A DNA stretch of 62,214 bases, filler included. It is 5 parts of 5 records of this genome, joined end to end, with 100 filler letters (N's around TTAATTAATTAA, not from the genome) between each part and the next. Parts side by side here need not be neighbours in the genome. Positions count along the whole stretch, not along the records: positions 15,254 to 38,221 come from SRR20825010_4277; 4 more parts are not named here. One strand, written 5' to 3'. Below are positions 18,265-29,000 of this stretch, piece after piece; the stretch's first letter is position 1; each line of letters begins with the position of its first letter. The notes under the pieces are model-generated. The model saw only the letters and a program-made list of their open reading frames with translations, was not told where the DNA came from and ran no database searches. The position numbers were made by a program, and so were the translations under genes.

Positions 18265-21036
18265 TTATTTTTTGATAACCCGATTAATCAAAATGTCATC
18301 GCTGGTATAAATTTTCAGAAAATAAACACCTTTCGAAAGATCCGCAATCGTTACTGTATTTTGATCAAACACAGTCCTCAACACTTTTCCCTCAACAGTA
18401 ATTATTTCCAACTTGTCAATAGTTGATGAAGTACCTTCAATGGTTATTTGGTCAGAGGTCGGGTTTGGATAGATGGAGAAAATCTCCATATCTCCTACAC
18501 CCAAAGGCTGGCCGGACAAAGTCACTCTCATTTCGCTCGGTGCTACCGAAGCACTGTCAGTCGATGTAGCAATCACAGTAACAACACCGTCCGACTCAGC
18601 GGTGAGAAGACCTGTTTCAGAAATGCTTGCCGATCCGGTTCCGTTTACAACCGTCCAAATAACGCCCTGAATGGAAGCCGTGACCGGCAAGATGGTTGCT
18701 TTCATCTGCAAAGTCCCATTCAGTGTTTCAACTGTATTGGCACCTGCATCTGCCCAAACGGCAATGGATGTAACCGGAACATACTGACCACTAATCGTTA
18801 TCGGAACCTTGTTGCTTCTCGTTTCTGATACATCATTGGAAATAGCATATACAGACACTGTACCGTCTTTAACTGCAGTAAGCATACCATCCGAGTCAAT
18901 AGTCGCTTTTCCTGTTTGGTTTTCTACCCTCCAGAAAACGGTCTTGTCTACTGCATTGGTTGGTGTGACGGCAGCCGTCATCTGAATCTTTCCGGCATTT
19001 GTGGTTATGGTTGAAGCATTTCCTGTGGCTGAAACGGTTAACCCGGTCACCAATAATTTCACGGTGATGTCAAGGCTGCTCGTAGCTGACGCATTGTCCT
19101 GAGAAACAGCAGTCACGGTAACTACACCATTATCCACGGCAGTGAGCAGTCCATTTTCATCGATGGTAGCGATACCGGAAGGAGAAACAGACCAGGTAAG
19201 TGAACGATCCATGGCGTTCTTATCAGGCGTGAATGCCGCAAACATTTGTAAAGTGTTTCCGGCCACTGTGATTGCAAGCACATCTCCTGTGCTTTTCACC
19301 ACAATCTCATCAACCGCGATCACTTGATTGCTAATTAAAACATCGTATTTGGTCACCGTTCCAGAACCGTCTGCAGCGGTGGCCACTACTTTGATGGCAC
19401 CATTGTCATAGGCAGTCAGCAGACCTGTAGATGCATCAATAAAGGCTTCACCTTCGGTATTTTCTACGCTCCAAATCACATCTGGGTTTTCTACATCCAG
19501 AGGTTCCACAGCAGCTGACATCTGCAAGGTTCCATCATCTACCGTAATCGTGGTAGCATCGCTGGCGGCAGAAACCACTATATCGGTAACCCCAGCCACA
19601 CCATCTACAGTCACATAATCCACATAAAGCGTAACCATATCTTCAGGCGCCAGTGTAAGAATTTGCAAACCAAATGCCTCCAGAGAGGTAACGTCTGAAC
19701 CGATTTTATAAGTGAATTCATTCCACGTTCCGGCTGTCATATCCCCTCCTCCGTTCCAAAGGGCGTCCCACGACCATCCGTTTCTTTTTACAAAAAACTG
19801 AATTCCGTTGATCTTAGCAAGATTATCTGCATCAATCCACACCCTCATCTTTAACTTATCAGCCGGGTTTACATAAGCGAAATTCTGACTTTGGTTTTGC
19901 ACAAAGGTCTCGCCTGAGCTGGCCAACGTAGTTACTTTAATTGAATTGGATTTGCTGAAAGCCTGATCCTGAGAAAGTTCCCCAGTTCCTGTTTCAACAG
20001 CCCAATCGCCCATCGTTCCTCCTTCAAAATCCCATTCGTATTCAAGGGTTTTATCTGTGATGGAAACATAGTCAACCAATAATTCTACTTCGTCTTCTGC
20101 TGCGAGCGTTAGAATCTGAAGTCCAAAACTCTGCAAGCTCACGGCATCATTACCCATGACATAGGTGAAGGTATTCCATTGATCAGCAGTCATATCACCT
20201 GCTCCGTTCCAAAGTGCATTCCATGACCAACCATTTTGTTTGACGAAAAACTGGATTCCATTAATCTTAGCAAGGTTTTCAGCATCAATCCAGACACGAA
20301 TTTTCAAAATATCCCGACCATTTACATTCGGGAAAGCCTGACTCGCATTTTCCACAAATGTTTCATTGGATGCATTGGCAGATTTCACCTTTAAAGAAAC
20401 TGTACCGTCAAAAGCCGCTGTAGTTGAAAATTCTGAAGTACCACCACTTACACCCCATGGGCCAAGAGCAGAATCCTCAAAACTCCAATACTCTGCCTCA
20501 GTGGAAGAAATTGTAATGTTGTCGGCTAAAACAGTAACCACATCTTCGGTAGCCAATGTCAATATCTGAAGACCGAAGCTCTCAAGCGAAACCACATCGT
20601 CACCAAGGGTGTATTCCAGTGTATTCCACGAATCAGCCACCAGGTCTCCGGCACCATTCCATTTGGCATCCCACGACCAGCCATTTCTTTTCACGAAAAA
20701 CTGGATTCCGTTGATTTTCGCGAGACTAGTAGCATCCACATATACCCGAATCTTGAGCACATCCTTGGCGTTTCGAACACCGAGACCGGTTGTGTTTTCA
20801 AGAAAAGATTCGCCAGAAGTATCCAGAGTAGTTACACTGACTGATTTGGTTCCGGTCTGAGCTTGCGTATCCACAATTTCGGCAGTTCCTCCGGTGGCTC
20901 CCCATCCTTCTAGTTCGGTTTCAAAATCCCAATTTTTCACCACCTGACCCTGTCCAAATGAGGACGGTGATATTCCAAGGATCATGATTAAGAGCAGGGT
21001 CGGCTTCCCTAAATTTCTTGTAAAAAAATTCTTCAT
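18265..21036 (-). CDS. T9SS-secreted non-catalytic protein: three CBM-like modules, four Big_2 Ig-like domains, CTD
   Basis: Three ~145-aa repeats contain KINGIQFFVKxNGWSW.A.WNG and FGLQILTLA. Four repeats match LQM.A...P..A....V.W.V....A.I...GLLTA. The C-terminus reads IYPNPT...GVYFLKI...IKK. Confidence 0.85.
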   Translation of the reverse strand: MKNFFTRNLGKPTLLLIMILGISPSSFGQGQVVKNWDFETELEGWGATGGTAEIVDTQAQTGTKSVSVTTLDTSGESFLENTTGLGVRNAKDVLKIRVYVDATSLAKINGIQFFVKRNGWSWDAKWNGAGDLVADSWNTLEYTLGDDVVSLESFGLQILTLATEDVVTVLADNITISSTEAEYWSFEDSALGPWGVSGGTSEFSTTAAFDGTVSLKVKSANASNETFVENASQAFPNVNGRDILKIRVWIDAENLAKINGIQFFVKQNGWSWNALWNGAGDMTADQWNTFTYVMGNDAVSLQSFGLQILTLAAEDEVELLVDYVSITDKTLEYEWDFEGGTMGDWAVETGTGELSQDQAFSKSNSIKVTTLASSGETFVQNQSQNFAYVNPADKLKMRVWIDADNLAKINGIQFFVKRNGWSWDALWNGGGDMTAGTWNEFTYKIGSDVTSLEAFGLQILTLAPEDMVTLYVDYVTVDGVAGVTDIVVSAASDATTITVDDGTLQMSAAVEPLDVENPDVIWSVENTEGEAFIDASTGLLTAYDNGAIKVVATAADGSGTVTKYDVLISNQVIAVDEIVVKSTGDVLAITVAGNTLQMFAAFTPDKNAMDRSLTWSVSPSGIATIDENGLLTAVDNGVVTVTAVSQDNASATSSLDITVKLLVTGLTVSATGNASTITTNAGKIQMTAAVTPTNAVDKTVFWRVENQTGKATIDSDGMLTAVKDGTVSVYAISNDVSETRSNKVPITISGQYVPVTSIAVWADAGANTVETLNGTLQMKATILPVTASIQGVIWTVVNGTGSASISETGLLTAESDGVVTVIATSTDSASVAPSEMRVTLSGQPLGVGDMEIFSIYPNPTSDQITIEGTSSTIDKLEIITVEGKVLRTVFDQNTVTIADLSKGVYFLKIYTSDDILINRVIKK

Positions 21037-21070
21037 TTCAATTCGTTTTATATTTCCTATTTGAATTAAT

Positions 21071-21112
21071 GGGATTGGAGATTATCAATGCAAATTAAAA
21101 ATCTCCAATCCC
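21071..21112. other. 13-bp perfect intergenic hairpin without a U tract
   Basis: GGGATTGGAGATT / AATCTCCAATCCC. Confidence 0.6.
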
Positions 21113-21130
21113 TGAAATCTGGATCCAATC

Positions 21131-23194
21131 TTATTTGAAACCGACTTTATCTACATACACAACACCTCCAGTGGTATCGTTCATAAATAGATCCAAACGA
21201 CTCATTGTTGAAGCCGGGAACTGCGCAATCGGAATTTCAAACTCTGTCCAGGCTCCCTCAACGACCGTGATCGTTGGTGCGCCGTTGGCGCTATCATTCA
21301 GTCGTAATTCTATTACATTGCCATTGGTACCTGGGCCACCATATACGGCCACCGCCAGCACTTTATAGGCTGAAAGGGTAATCGTATTGCCACCACCAAA
21401 TGCCATAGCACCTGCTCCAGCCGGATCGAAATTCATCTTCCATGAAATACTGCCCTGATATGCTTGTTCTGTATTCGCCGCATCCTTGCTCAACGGCCCC
21501 CAACTCCAGTCTCCATATCCCTCGTTAAATCCTTCATCGAAAATGGTAAGTACCAAAGGTGTAATACCCGATATTTCGAATTCCGGTGACCAGTATACTT
21601 CATTAGCATCGGTGACAAATGCCAAACGGTTCACACCTTGTTCCACATCTGCCGGCACGAACACTTCAATCATTGTGCTCGATTTTTTGCCATACTTGGT
21701 AGCCAGAAATCCTCCAGGAAAGTAGATATCCATGTCAACATCCATATTGGTTCCCTGAATGATCATTTTCAATCCCCAGGAAGAACTTGCCGGCATACTT
21801 GTGATATTAGGCACGTCAGCCACAATTTTCAAATTAGCGAGAGAGGTCACCGAGGATCCATTAGTTGTCATCAATGTAATCGGCCCTGTGATGGCTCCCT
21901 GAGGAATAGCCACCGTCAGTGAAGCGGCAGAGGAAGCGCTCGGCTCTGAGGAATAGGTATCCTCCACATAACCACCTGCTCCCGGAAAAACAACCTCCGT
22001 AACCAAATCCAGATTCGCTCCTGAAATGGTAATGGATGGGCTGTTGGCCGTGAAAACCATCGAAGGACTGAAAGTAGTAATTGATGGCTTCAGTATTTCC
22101 AGGTCATTGTTCGAAACAACCGTTTTAGTTGAGGCCATATTCAATCGAATCGTACCTAAAACGGCATTTGAAGGTACTTCAACGGTAAGCTCGGTAGCGG
22201 AGGTTGCACTTGGTGTGGATGAGCTGCCGCCTCCGAAGGTGACACTAGTAACCAAATCCAAATCCGTTCCAGTGATAACAATATTACCCCCATTTTTTAC
22301 TGGGTTTGGTGCTATGGACGTAATCGTAGGATCAATAGCAGTGAGAGCTATGAAGCTTTCTGAAGTAAGCGACGAAAGAACCTTAAGGGAAAATTTACCA
22401 TCATTGATATTCGATGGTACATTCACCTTTATTTGCGTAGCAGATGCTGAAACGAAGCTACTACTATCGACAATGCTTCCTCCACTAAACAAGGCCTCAA
22501 TAGCCAAATCGAGATTGGTGCCTGTAATGGTCAGTTGTGCTCCAGGTTTGATTGGATTGGGTGTAAAGCCGGTTATTTTAGGTGTGGTTACAATCAACTC
22601 CTTAGTAGACTCAATCAAGATAGGGTCTTCATCATCTCCTGCCTGCAGCATAAGCTTTCCTGTTTGGGTTGCCGGTGGAACATTTAGGGTGATTGTAGAG
22701 GCGGTTTGACTTACAAAATCATCTGCTTCAACTACCTGATTGAAATTCAGCGTAACAGCCGTAACCAAACTCAAGTAGGTACCTGAGATGGTTAATAATC
22801 CACCTGCCCTCACCTCAGGTGTAAAGGAAGTGATACTGATCGGCTCGGAAATGGCCAGTAAGGTCTTCGCTTCTATCAAGTCTCCATTGGCCAGCTTCAA
22901 AGCAACCTTGCCGGCCACAGTGGCCTGTGGCACTTCAATTACGATCAATCCTGATGCACTCGACTTAAACTCGGTAATATCCGGATTGCCCGGAAGGACA
23001 ATCGCAGAAACTTTATCCAAGTTCAATCCAATAAATTTCAATTCCCCACCCCTCAACGCAGGAGATGGCCCATAGCTCAAAAGCTGTGTTGCGCTGCTCG
23101 CATCATCGTCATCATTACATGCTACGAAAGTCACCGTAAGGGACATTAAGATGAGTGCAACCAGTGTATTTATATGTTTATGTAATTTCCACAT
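21131..23194 (-). CDS. Surface glycan-binding lipoprotein with tandem IPT/TIG domains and a C-terminal CBM-like domain
   Basis: FVAC-NDDDD lipobox; repeated P.IT.F.P...G....I.GTNLD; terminal GYGDWSWG...VYVDKVGF. Confidence 0.85.
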   Translation of the reverse strand: MWKLHKHINTLVALILMSLTVTFVACNDDDDASSATQLLSYGPSPALRGGELKFIGLNLDKVSAIVLPGNPDITEFKSSASGLIVIEVPQATVAGKVALKLANGDLIEAKTLLAISEPISITSFTPEVRAGGLLTISGTYLSLVTAVTLNFNQVVEADDFVSQTASTITLNVPPATQTGKLMLQAGDDEDPILIESTKELIVTTPKITGFTPNPIKPGAQLTITGTNLDLAIEALFSGGSIVDSSSFVSASATQIKVNVPSNINDGKFSLKVLSSLTSESFIALTAIDPTITSIAPNPVKNGGNIVITGTDLDLVTSVTFGGGSSSTPSATSATELTVEVPSNAVLGTIRLNMASTKTVVSNNDLEILKPSITTFSPSMVFTANSPSITISGANLDLVTEVVFPGAGGYVEDTYSSEPSASSAASLTVAIPQGAITGPITLMTTNGSSVTSLANLKIVADVPNITSMPASSSWGLKMIIQGTNMDVDMDIYFPGGFLATKYGKKSSTMIEVFVPADVEQGVNRLAFVTDANEVYWSPEFEISGITPLVLTIFDEGFNEGYGDWSWGPLSKDAANTEQAYQGSISWKMNFDPAGAGAMAFGGGNTITLSAYKVLAVAVYGGPGTNGNVIELRLNDSANGAPTITVVEGAWTEFEIPIAQFPASTMSRLDLFMNDTTGGVVYVDKVGFK

Positions 23195-23211
23195 AGTTTT
23201 CTACTTTAAAA

Positions 23212-24354
23212 TTATTTAGGTGAAACCCTTAGATTGTCTATGGCAAAATTTGCGTGCATCGGCACCCCTTCCCAAAACCAGAAGGAGAGTTGATAGCCGG
23301 CCGGATTAACCGCAATCTTCGTATTGGCCTTGATGATCCAATCAAACTCGGTAGTGACAGTTTGCCATTGACCATTTGTATCAATTTCATCCTCAAGCGT
23401 CCACGCTCCTCCGAAACCTATCCGGTCATCTCCCATGAAATCGCCGATGTATGCGTGCAACACAGCACCTACAGGCCATGGACTGAGCGTGGCTACTTCA
23501 AATTTGAAATTGTATGCCGAAGGATTTTTGATCGCATCATCCGGTATGTTTTTAGTGGCTTCCAGAATCCCTGATCCGTTACCAACGTACCATTCGAACC
23601 ATTGACCTTGATCCAGGTTTTGATCAACATATACGTATTTATTGTCTATCAAAGGAATTGCAGCTGAGACGTTCAGGTATTGTTGTCCGTGCCACCAGCC
23701 GTCGGTAGGTGTATCCATGGTTCCGAACACAAACCGGTTGTCTTTGTACCAAAAGTTTGAAACCACCTCTCCAAAATTGGTAGATACAGTAACAGGACCT
23801 GGCTCTGCACCAGCAGGAACTGTCACCTCTAAGGTGTTTTCATTCACAATGGTGACTTCCGCTCCGGCTCCTCCCGTAAATGCGACCGAAACAGGATCGA
23901 AGAAATATTCGCCAGTAATTTGGGTTTTTGACCCAACGGCAGCATATTCATTGAGCATAGTTGACACGGCCGGGCCGGGAATTTCAATTTCAAACGGATA
24001 AATCAAAAGAGATCCGTTTTTAAAAGTCAACCGCATGGTATTTGTAACTTCTGTAGGTGCTGATCCCGGAATGTTGACGATAATGGAAGTATTGGTTACA
24101 AAGGTTGGCACCACAGTAGCCTTCTTATCATTGAACCAAACCTCCTTAACCGTGCTCAGGTTTTCACCCACAATCACGATCAAGTTGCCAAGAAAACCTC
24201 CGGCAAGCAATGAATCCGATTGAGCAGGGGTTGTTACGCGAACATAATGGATAGCCGGAGCTCCCACACTCTCCGAGTCTTCACAGGAAACGATCGCACC
24301 TAAGGTGATCATTACCAGAAATAGAATCAGTATATTTTTATCTAGAAATTTCAT
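23212..24354 (-). CDS. SGBP-B-like surface glycan-binding lipoprotein
   Basis: IVSC-ED lipobox, two IPT domains and a Trp-rich C-terminal domain ending AIDNLRVSPK; directly after susD. Confidence 0.85.
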   Translation of the reverse strand: MKFLDKNILILFLVMITLGAIVSCEDSESVGAPAIHYVRVTTPAQSDSLLAGGFLGNLIVIVGENLSTVKEVWFNDKKATVVPTFVTNTSIIVNIPGSAPTEVTNTMRLTFKNGSLLIYPFEIEIPGPAVSTMLNEYAAVGSKTQITGEYFFDPVSVAFTGGAGAEVTIVNENTLEVTVPAGAEPGPVTVSTNFGEVVSNFWYKDNRFVFGTMDTPTDGWWHGQQYLNVSAAIPLIDNKYVYVDQNLDQGQWFEWYVGNGSGILEATKNIPDDAIKNPSAYNFKFEVATLSPWPVGAVLHAYIGDFMGDDRIGFGGAWTLEDEIDTNGQWQTVTTEFDWIIKANTKIAVNPAGYQLSFWFWEGVPMHANFAIDNLRVSPK

Positions 24355-24390
24355 ATTTCCAATTTTTTAGTTGTCATCAATTGATTAAGA

Positions 24391-25995
24391 TCACTCTCCA
24401 TAGTATGAAACCGGTTCTTCCAATAGAAGCGGATTAGATACCGTTTCATTTTGTGGAATAGGCAGATAGAGATTAAAACTTGCCGGAAACGAAGCAAAGA
24501 AGCTGTTGAGTGTCCCCCCCGAATTGTAGGTTCCACGCTCCTGGAGCCCCACCATTTCAGCCGCCTTGGTTTTTCCTTGTCGTTGGATATCGAACCAGTA
24601 GTCCCCTTCGAAGGCAAACTCTACTTTTCGCTCGTGAAGAACGTCATCCAGAGTAATGGTGGAAACCGCTGGAAGTTGCGCCCGCATATGCACGGCATTG
24701 TATGCTGCCAATGCCTGTGCATCTGCCGTAGATCCTGCTCCACCCATGATGGCTTCCGCATAAATCAACAACACATCCGCATATCTCAAAATGAAAGTAG
24801 GCATGCTACTATGCGCGCTAGAGTTCACGGGTTCTCCTGCCCTGTTTGGACCAACCATGTATTTCTGAATATTGGATCTGGTGCCAGTGAAGGTGTATTG
24901 CAGGTTGGTTGTTTGACCGATGGTGTCGTAAGTAAAGCCACCCGGGTAGCTTGCATTTACCCAATCTGCCCGGTGAAAACCGTGCTCCATGACCGACCAG
25001 CCTCTTCGTTTGTCTCCAGCCGAATATCCCGTTGCAGGATTCAACATATCCAGAGAAGGAACAATCGCTGAGTAACCTGCGGTAGAACTGGTTGGGGCGG
25101 GACCTACAAGAGCAGAAGGTGCGGCATAAGTCATAAAACGATTGGCTCCATCCCAACTAGCGTCTGTGGTCCACTTAAGTGCAAACAAAGATTCAATGGT
25201 ATTATTTGCAGCAGTGGAGTTGGTGAACATCTCGTTGTAGTTGGGATGTAGACCTACCTTTCCGGTTGAATTCGCATAATCGATCACTTCTTTCGCTTTT
25301 AATCTGGCGTTTTCGTAATCTTTCATGTATAAATAAATCTTCGCCATCATTCCTTTCGCTGAGGCAGGGGTTACTCTCCCCTGTTGGTAAGGAGTTTCTG
25401 GTAAATTCGCTTCAGCAAAAATCAAATCTTCCAAAGCAAAACGTAACACATCGGCTTGAAAATAACGAGGAACGAGGTTTTGTCCCGGTTTTGTGAGTTC
25501 TACCGGACTTTCTACTATCGGCACATCACCGAAGGCTCTGGCTATATAGAAGTATGCAAATGCTCGAATAAACCGCGCCTCGGCTATACCTATTGTTAGA
25601 AAATCCTGTTCGCCTATTTGGCTTTTCTTTCCTTCAAAAGTTTGAATCAGTACAGATGCATGGCCTGCAGCCTTGTAACAAGACCTCCAGGTATCATTGA
25701 TCAAACCATCAGTACTCTGAATGTTAAAGTTGAAGAAGGAATTGTATTGGCTATTTCCCGCCACACCGGTGACAGTACCTCCCAGCACATCCCCCACGGA
25801 GGTGAATGCTTTATCTGACCAGGTGTTCCAGGCACGATTGTATAAAAATCCGGTTGCTCCAAACACCTCCACCTCATTGTTATAATAATTATCAATTGTT
25901 GGTTGTGTGGTCGAAGGATATTCCAGGAAATCCTTTTTGCACGATAGCACGAAAATGGCCATCAAACTTATTGTGAATATGATTCTGATTTTCAT
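24391..25995 (-). CDS. SusD/RagB family glycan-binding lipoprotein
   Basis: LSC lipobox, AEARFIRAFAYF, RYADVLLIYAEA, ERKVEFAFEG and PIPQ motifs. Confidence 0.95.
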   Translation of the reverse strand: MKIRIIFTISLMAIFVLSCKKDFLEYPSTTQPTIDNYYNNEVEVFGATGFLYNRAWNTWSDKAFTSVGDVLGGTVTGVAGNSQYNSFFNFNIQSTDGLINDTWRSCYKAAGHASVLIQTFEGKKSQIGEQDFLTIGIAEARFIRAFAYFYIARAFGDVPIVESPVELTKPGQNLVPRYFQADVLRFALEDLIFAEANLPETPYQQGRVTPASAKGMMAKIYLYMKDYENARLKAKEVIDYANSTGKVGLHPNYNEMFTNSTAANNTIESLFALKWTTDASWDGANRFMTYAAPSALVGPAPTSSTAGYSAIVPSLDMLNPATGYSAGDKRRGWSVMEHGFHRADWVNASYPGGFTYDTIGQTTNLQYTFTGTRSNIQKYMVGPNRAGEPVNSSAHSSMPTFILRYADVLLIYAEAIMGGAGSTADAQALAAYNAVHMRAQLPAVSTITLDDVLHERKVEFAFEGDYWFDIQRQGKTKAAEMVGLQERGTYNSGGTLNSFFASFPASFNLYLPIPQNETVSNPLLLEEPVSYYGE

Positions 25996-26006
25996 TGCTC
26001 TTTTAA

Positions 26007-29000
26007 TTAAAATTCAACATTAACACCGAACGTATAGGCTCTTGGAACCGGGTAGCGACCATTATCCACATTTATTAAAATCCCACTATCGCTTCCAGAA
26101 TTGCTATTTCCCCTTGTTGTTCCCAGCTCTGGATCATATCCACTGTAGTTGGAGAAGGTGTGTAAGTTTTGTCCTGATATGTATACTTTCATCGAAGCAA
26201 TCTTCGCTCTGTTTACCAATGCCCGAGGTAGCGTATAGGCGATCTGCACATTCTGAAGCCTCACATATGTACCATCTTCGATGTAGCGATCTGAAATTCG
26301 TCGGTTGCCATCGTGCCACTGATTGTATCTAGGAATGGTTGCATCCGTATTGGTTTCCGTATATCGGTTGATTACATCGGTGGTTTGATTGTTGTAAAGT
26401 GTGTTGAGCCCTTCGGTTTGTCTACGGGTATAGTTGAATATATCCGCACCGAAACTGCCGTAGAAAAACACTGACAGGTCAAATGCCTTGTAGCTCACTG
26501 TATTGGTCATACCCAGTGTGAAATCTGGATTTGGGTTACCTATTACAGTCACATCCTCATCGTCAATGTCTCCATCTTCATCCAAATCTTTGTATCTGAT
26601 ATCACCGTACCACAATCCTTTTGCTTCCACATCCAGGCCAGTAGATAACGCGTTCAGTTCCTCTTCCGTGGTATAAAGCCCATCGGTTTTATAACCAAAA
26701 AATGATCCAACAGGATAACCTGCCTGAGATAGTGAAACCAAGGTTCGAGTTCCATATTCGTTGAAATCCCCTCTAATGGAAGCGTCATCTGTGTTCAGAA
26801 AATCCAGTGTGTTTTTGAATTTGCTGAAAATGACCGTAGTACTCCAATTGAAATCTGCCGAATTTATATTGCTAGTGGTGATGGCAATATCGATACCCGT
26901 ATTGGTCATTTGGCCTGCATTCGCTGTTGGTGTGAGGATATCATCATACGCAGTACCCAAACCAGAGAAGGCACCCAGCTGAGTAGGAAGCAACATGTCC
27001 GAAGTGGTCTTCTTGTATACATCAAGCGACACGTCCACAATTTTCTTTGGAAACAATGTCATGTCTACACCAACATTGATCGTTTCGACAGACTCCCATC
27101 CCAATTCAGGATTTGGCACATTGGCAGGCAAGCTGGCATTTCCAAATGGAGAGATCGTGATCAGGTTGATATTGGCCGTATATTGATTGGCAGAGATATT
27201 CTGATTCCCCACTTTTCCGTAACCAGCCCTTACCTTTAATACATTCAACACCGAAATATTTTCAGCAAAGGATTCATTTGTCACTGTCCATGCCACGGAT
27301 GCGGCAGGGAAGTACCCCCATCGATTGTCGGAACCAAAACTGGAAGAACCATCCGCCCGCAAGGTTGCGCTGATGGCATACCGGTTATCGTAAGAATAGT
27401 TTGCTCGTCCGAAATAAGACTCCATAGCATACTCCCCTGCTCCGGCCCCAATTGTTTCGTTCGAATCATTTCCACCCTGACCTGCGGCCAACGATGGGAG
27501 GTTTAGGGTGAGGTTTTCGCGGCTGGCTTGTATATAATCGTATTTACCATGCTGCACTTCATGCCCCAAAGTCACATATATGTTATGCTTGCTAAAAGAC
27601 TTTCTATAGCTCAGATAATTCTTTAAGGAATAAAACGTGCTCTGGTTTCGCTCCTCTCTTAGTCTGCTTGGAGTAATGATGTTTACATTTTGCTCCTCAT
27701 TTTTCACAAACGGTTGGTAAGCCTTACTATCTGCCAAACTAAAATCATAATTCAATTCATTGCGAAGAGAAAGGCCTTCAAAGAATTTAATCTCAGCATA
27801 TACAGCACCTAAGCCACGCGTAGTTATGGATCGAACGTCTCTATATTTAGCAATAGCTACCGGATTGGAAGCATTACCTATATTTTCACCACCAACCCGA
27901 ACCTGTCCCAGGTAATCTCCATTCAAATCCCTCACAGGTGCCGCTGGGCTATTGTAAAGCACCACGCTGGTAACTGCATCGAATGCATCGGCCAAACCAA
28001 TATTTTGCTCTCCTCTGGAAGCGTTGACACTGAATCCCGTAGTGAGCCAATCTCTGATATCCGCCTCAATGTTTCCACGGAAAGAATATCGTTTGAAACC
28101 CGTTCCTATCAGCGTTCCTTTCTGGTCGAACGCACCTAAGGAAAAATAGTAGTTGGAACTTTTCTGGCTACCTGAAAATGCAAGCGCGTGGCTTTCTACC
28201 GTACCAATCTGATAAATTTCGTCCTGCCAGTCTGTCCCAGCTCCCAACAAAGAAGGATCCGCAAATCGAGAGTTGATCACACGATCCGTTCCTTCAACGG
28301 CACCAATCTCCTTCACCACCTCATTCAGAAACTGTGCATTCTCCTGAAGGTTCATCACCGAAAGCTTTTTAGGTATTTTCTGAATTCCATAATATGCATC
28401 GTAGGTAATTTTTCCCTGACCCGAACCCTTTTTAGTAGTAACAAGAACAACACCGTTTGCGGCTCGCGACCCGTAGATCGCTTGGGCAGACGCATCTTTC
28501 AGTACTTCTATTGATTTGATGTCTGATGGATTAATCGTTGATAGCACACTTTGATTGGTTTGACCACTACCTCCACCAAGGAAGTTTTGTTCCAAACTCG
28601 TGCGAGAAGCAGCGATCGGCACACCATCGATTACATAGAGTGGCTCATTGCCATTCACGGAAGTGATACCACGTACACGAACAGAAACTCCTCCACCGGG
28701 CTGACCACCGTTGTTACTCACCGTAACACCTGCAAGACGACCTTGAATAGCTTGATCGATACCAGCCACCGGAAGGTTTTTGATTTTCTCCTGATCTATG
28801 GAAGCTACAGAAGTGGTCAGGTCAGCCTTATCGATTGAACCATATCCAATGACAACAACCTCCTGAAGACTTTGCACATCCACCTCCATTCGTACGTTGA
28901 TCTGGGACTTTCCTCCTATAGGCATTTCAATGGTTTGAAAACCAACGAAAGAAAAAGTAAGAACCGCATCTGACGGAATACTTATAGTATAGTTACCATC

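Noticed and set aside
13584-21036. Functional linkage of gldMN with the nearby T9SS cargo genes
   Set aside because: They lie on different contigs separated by an artificial spacer.
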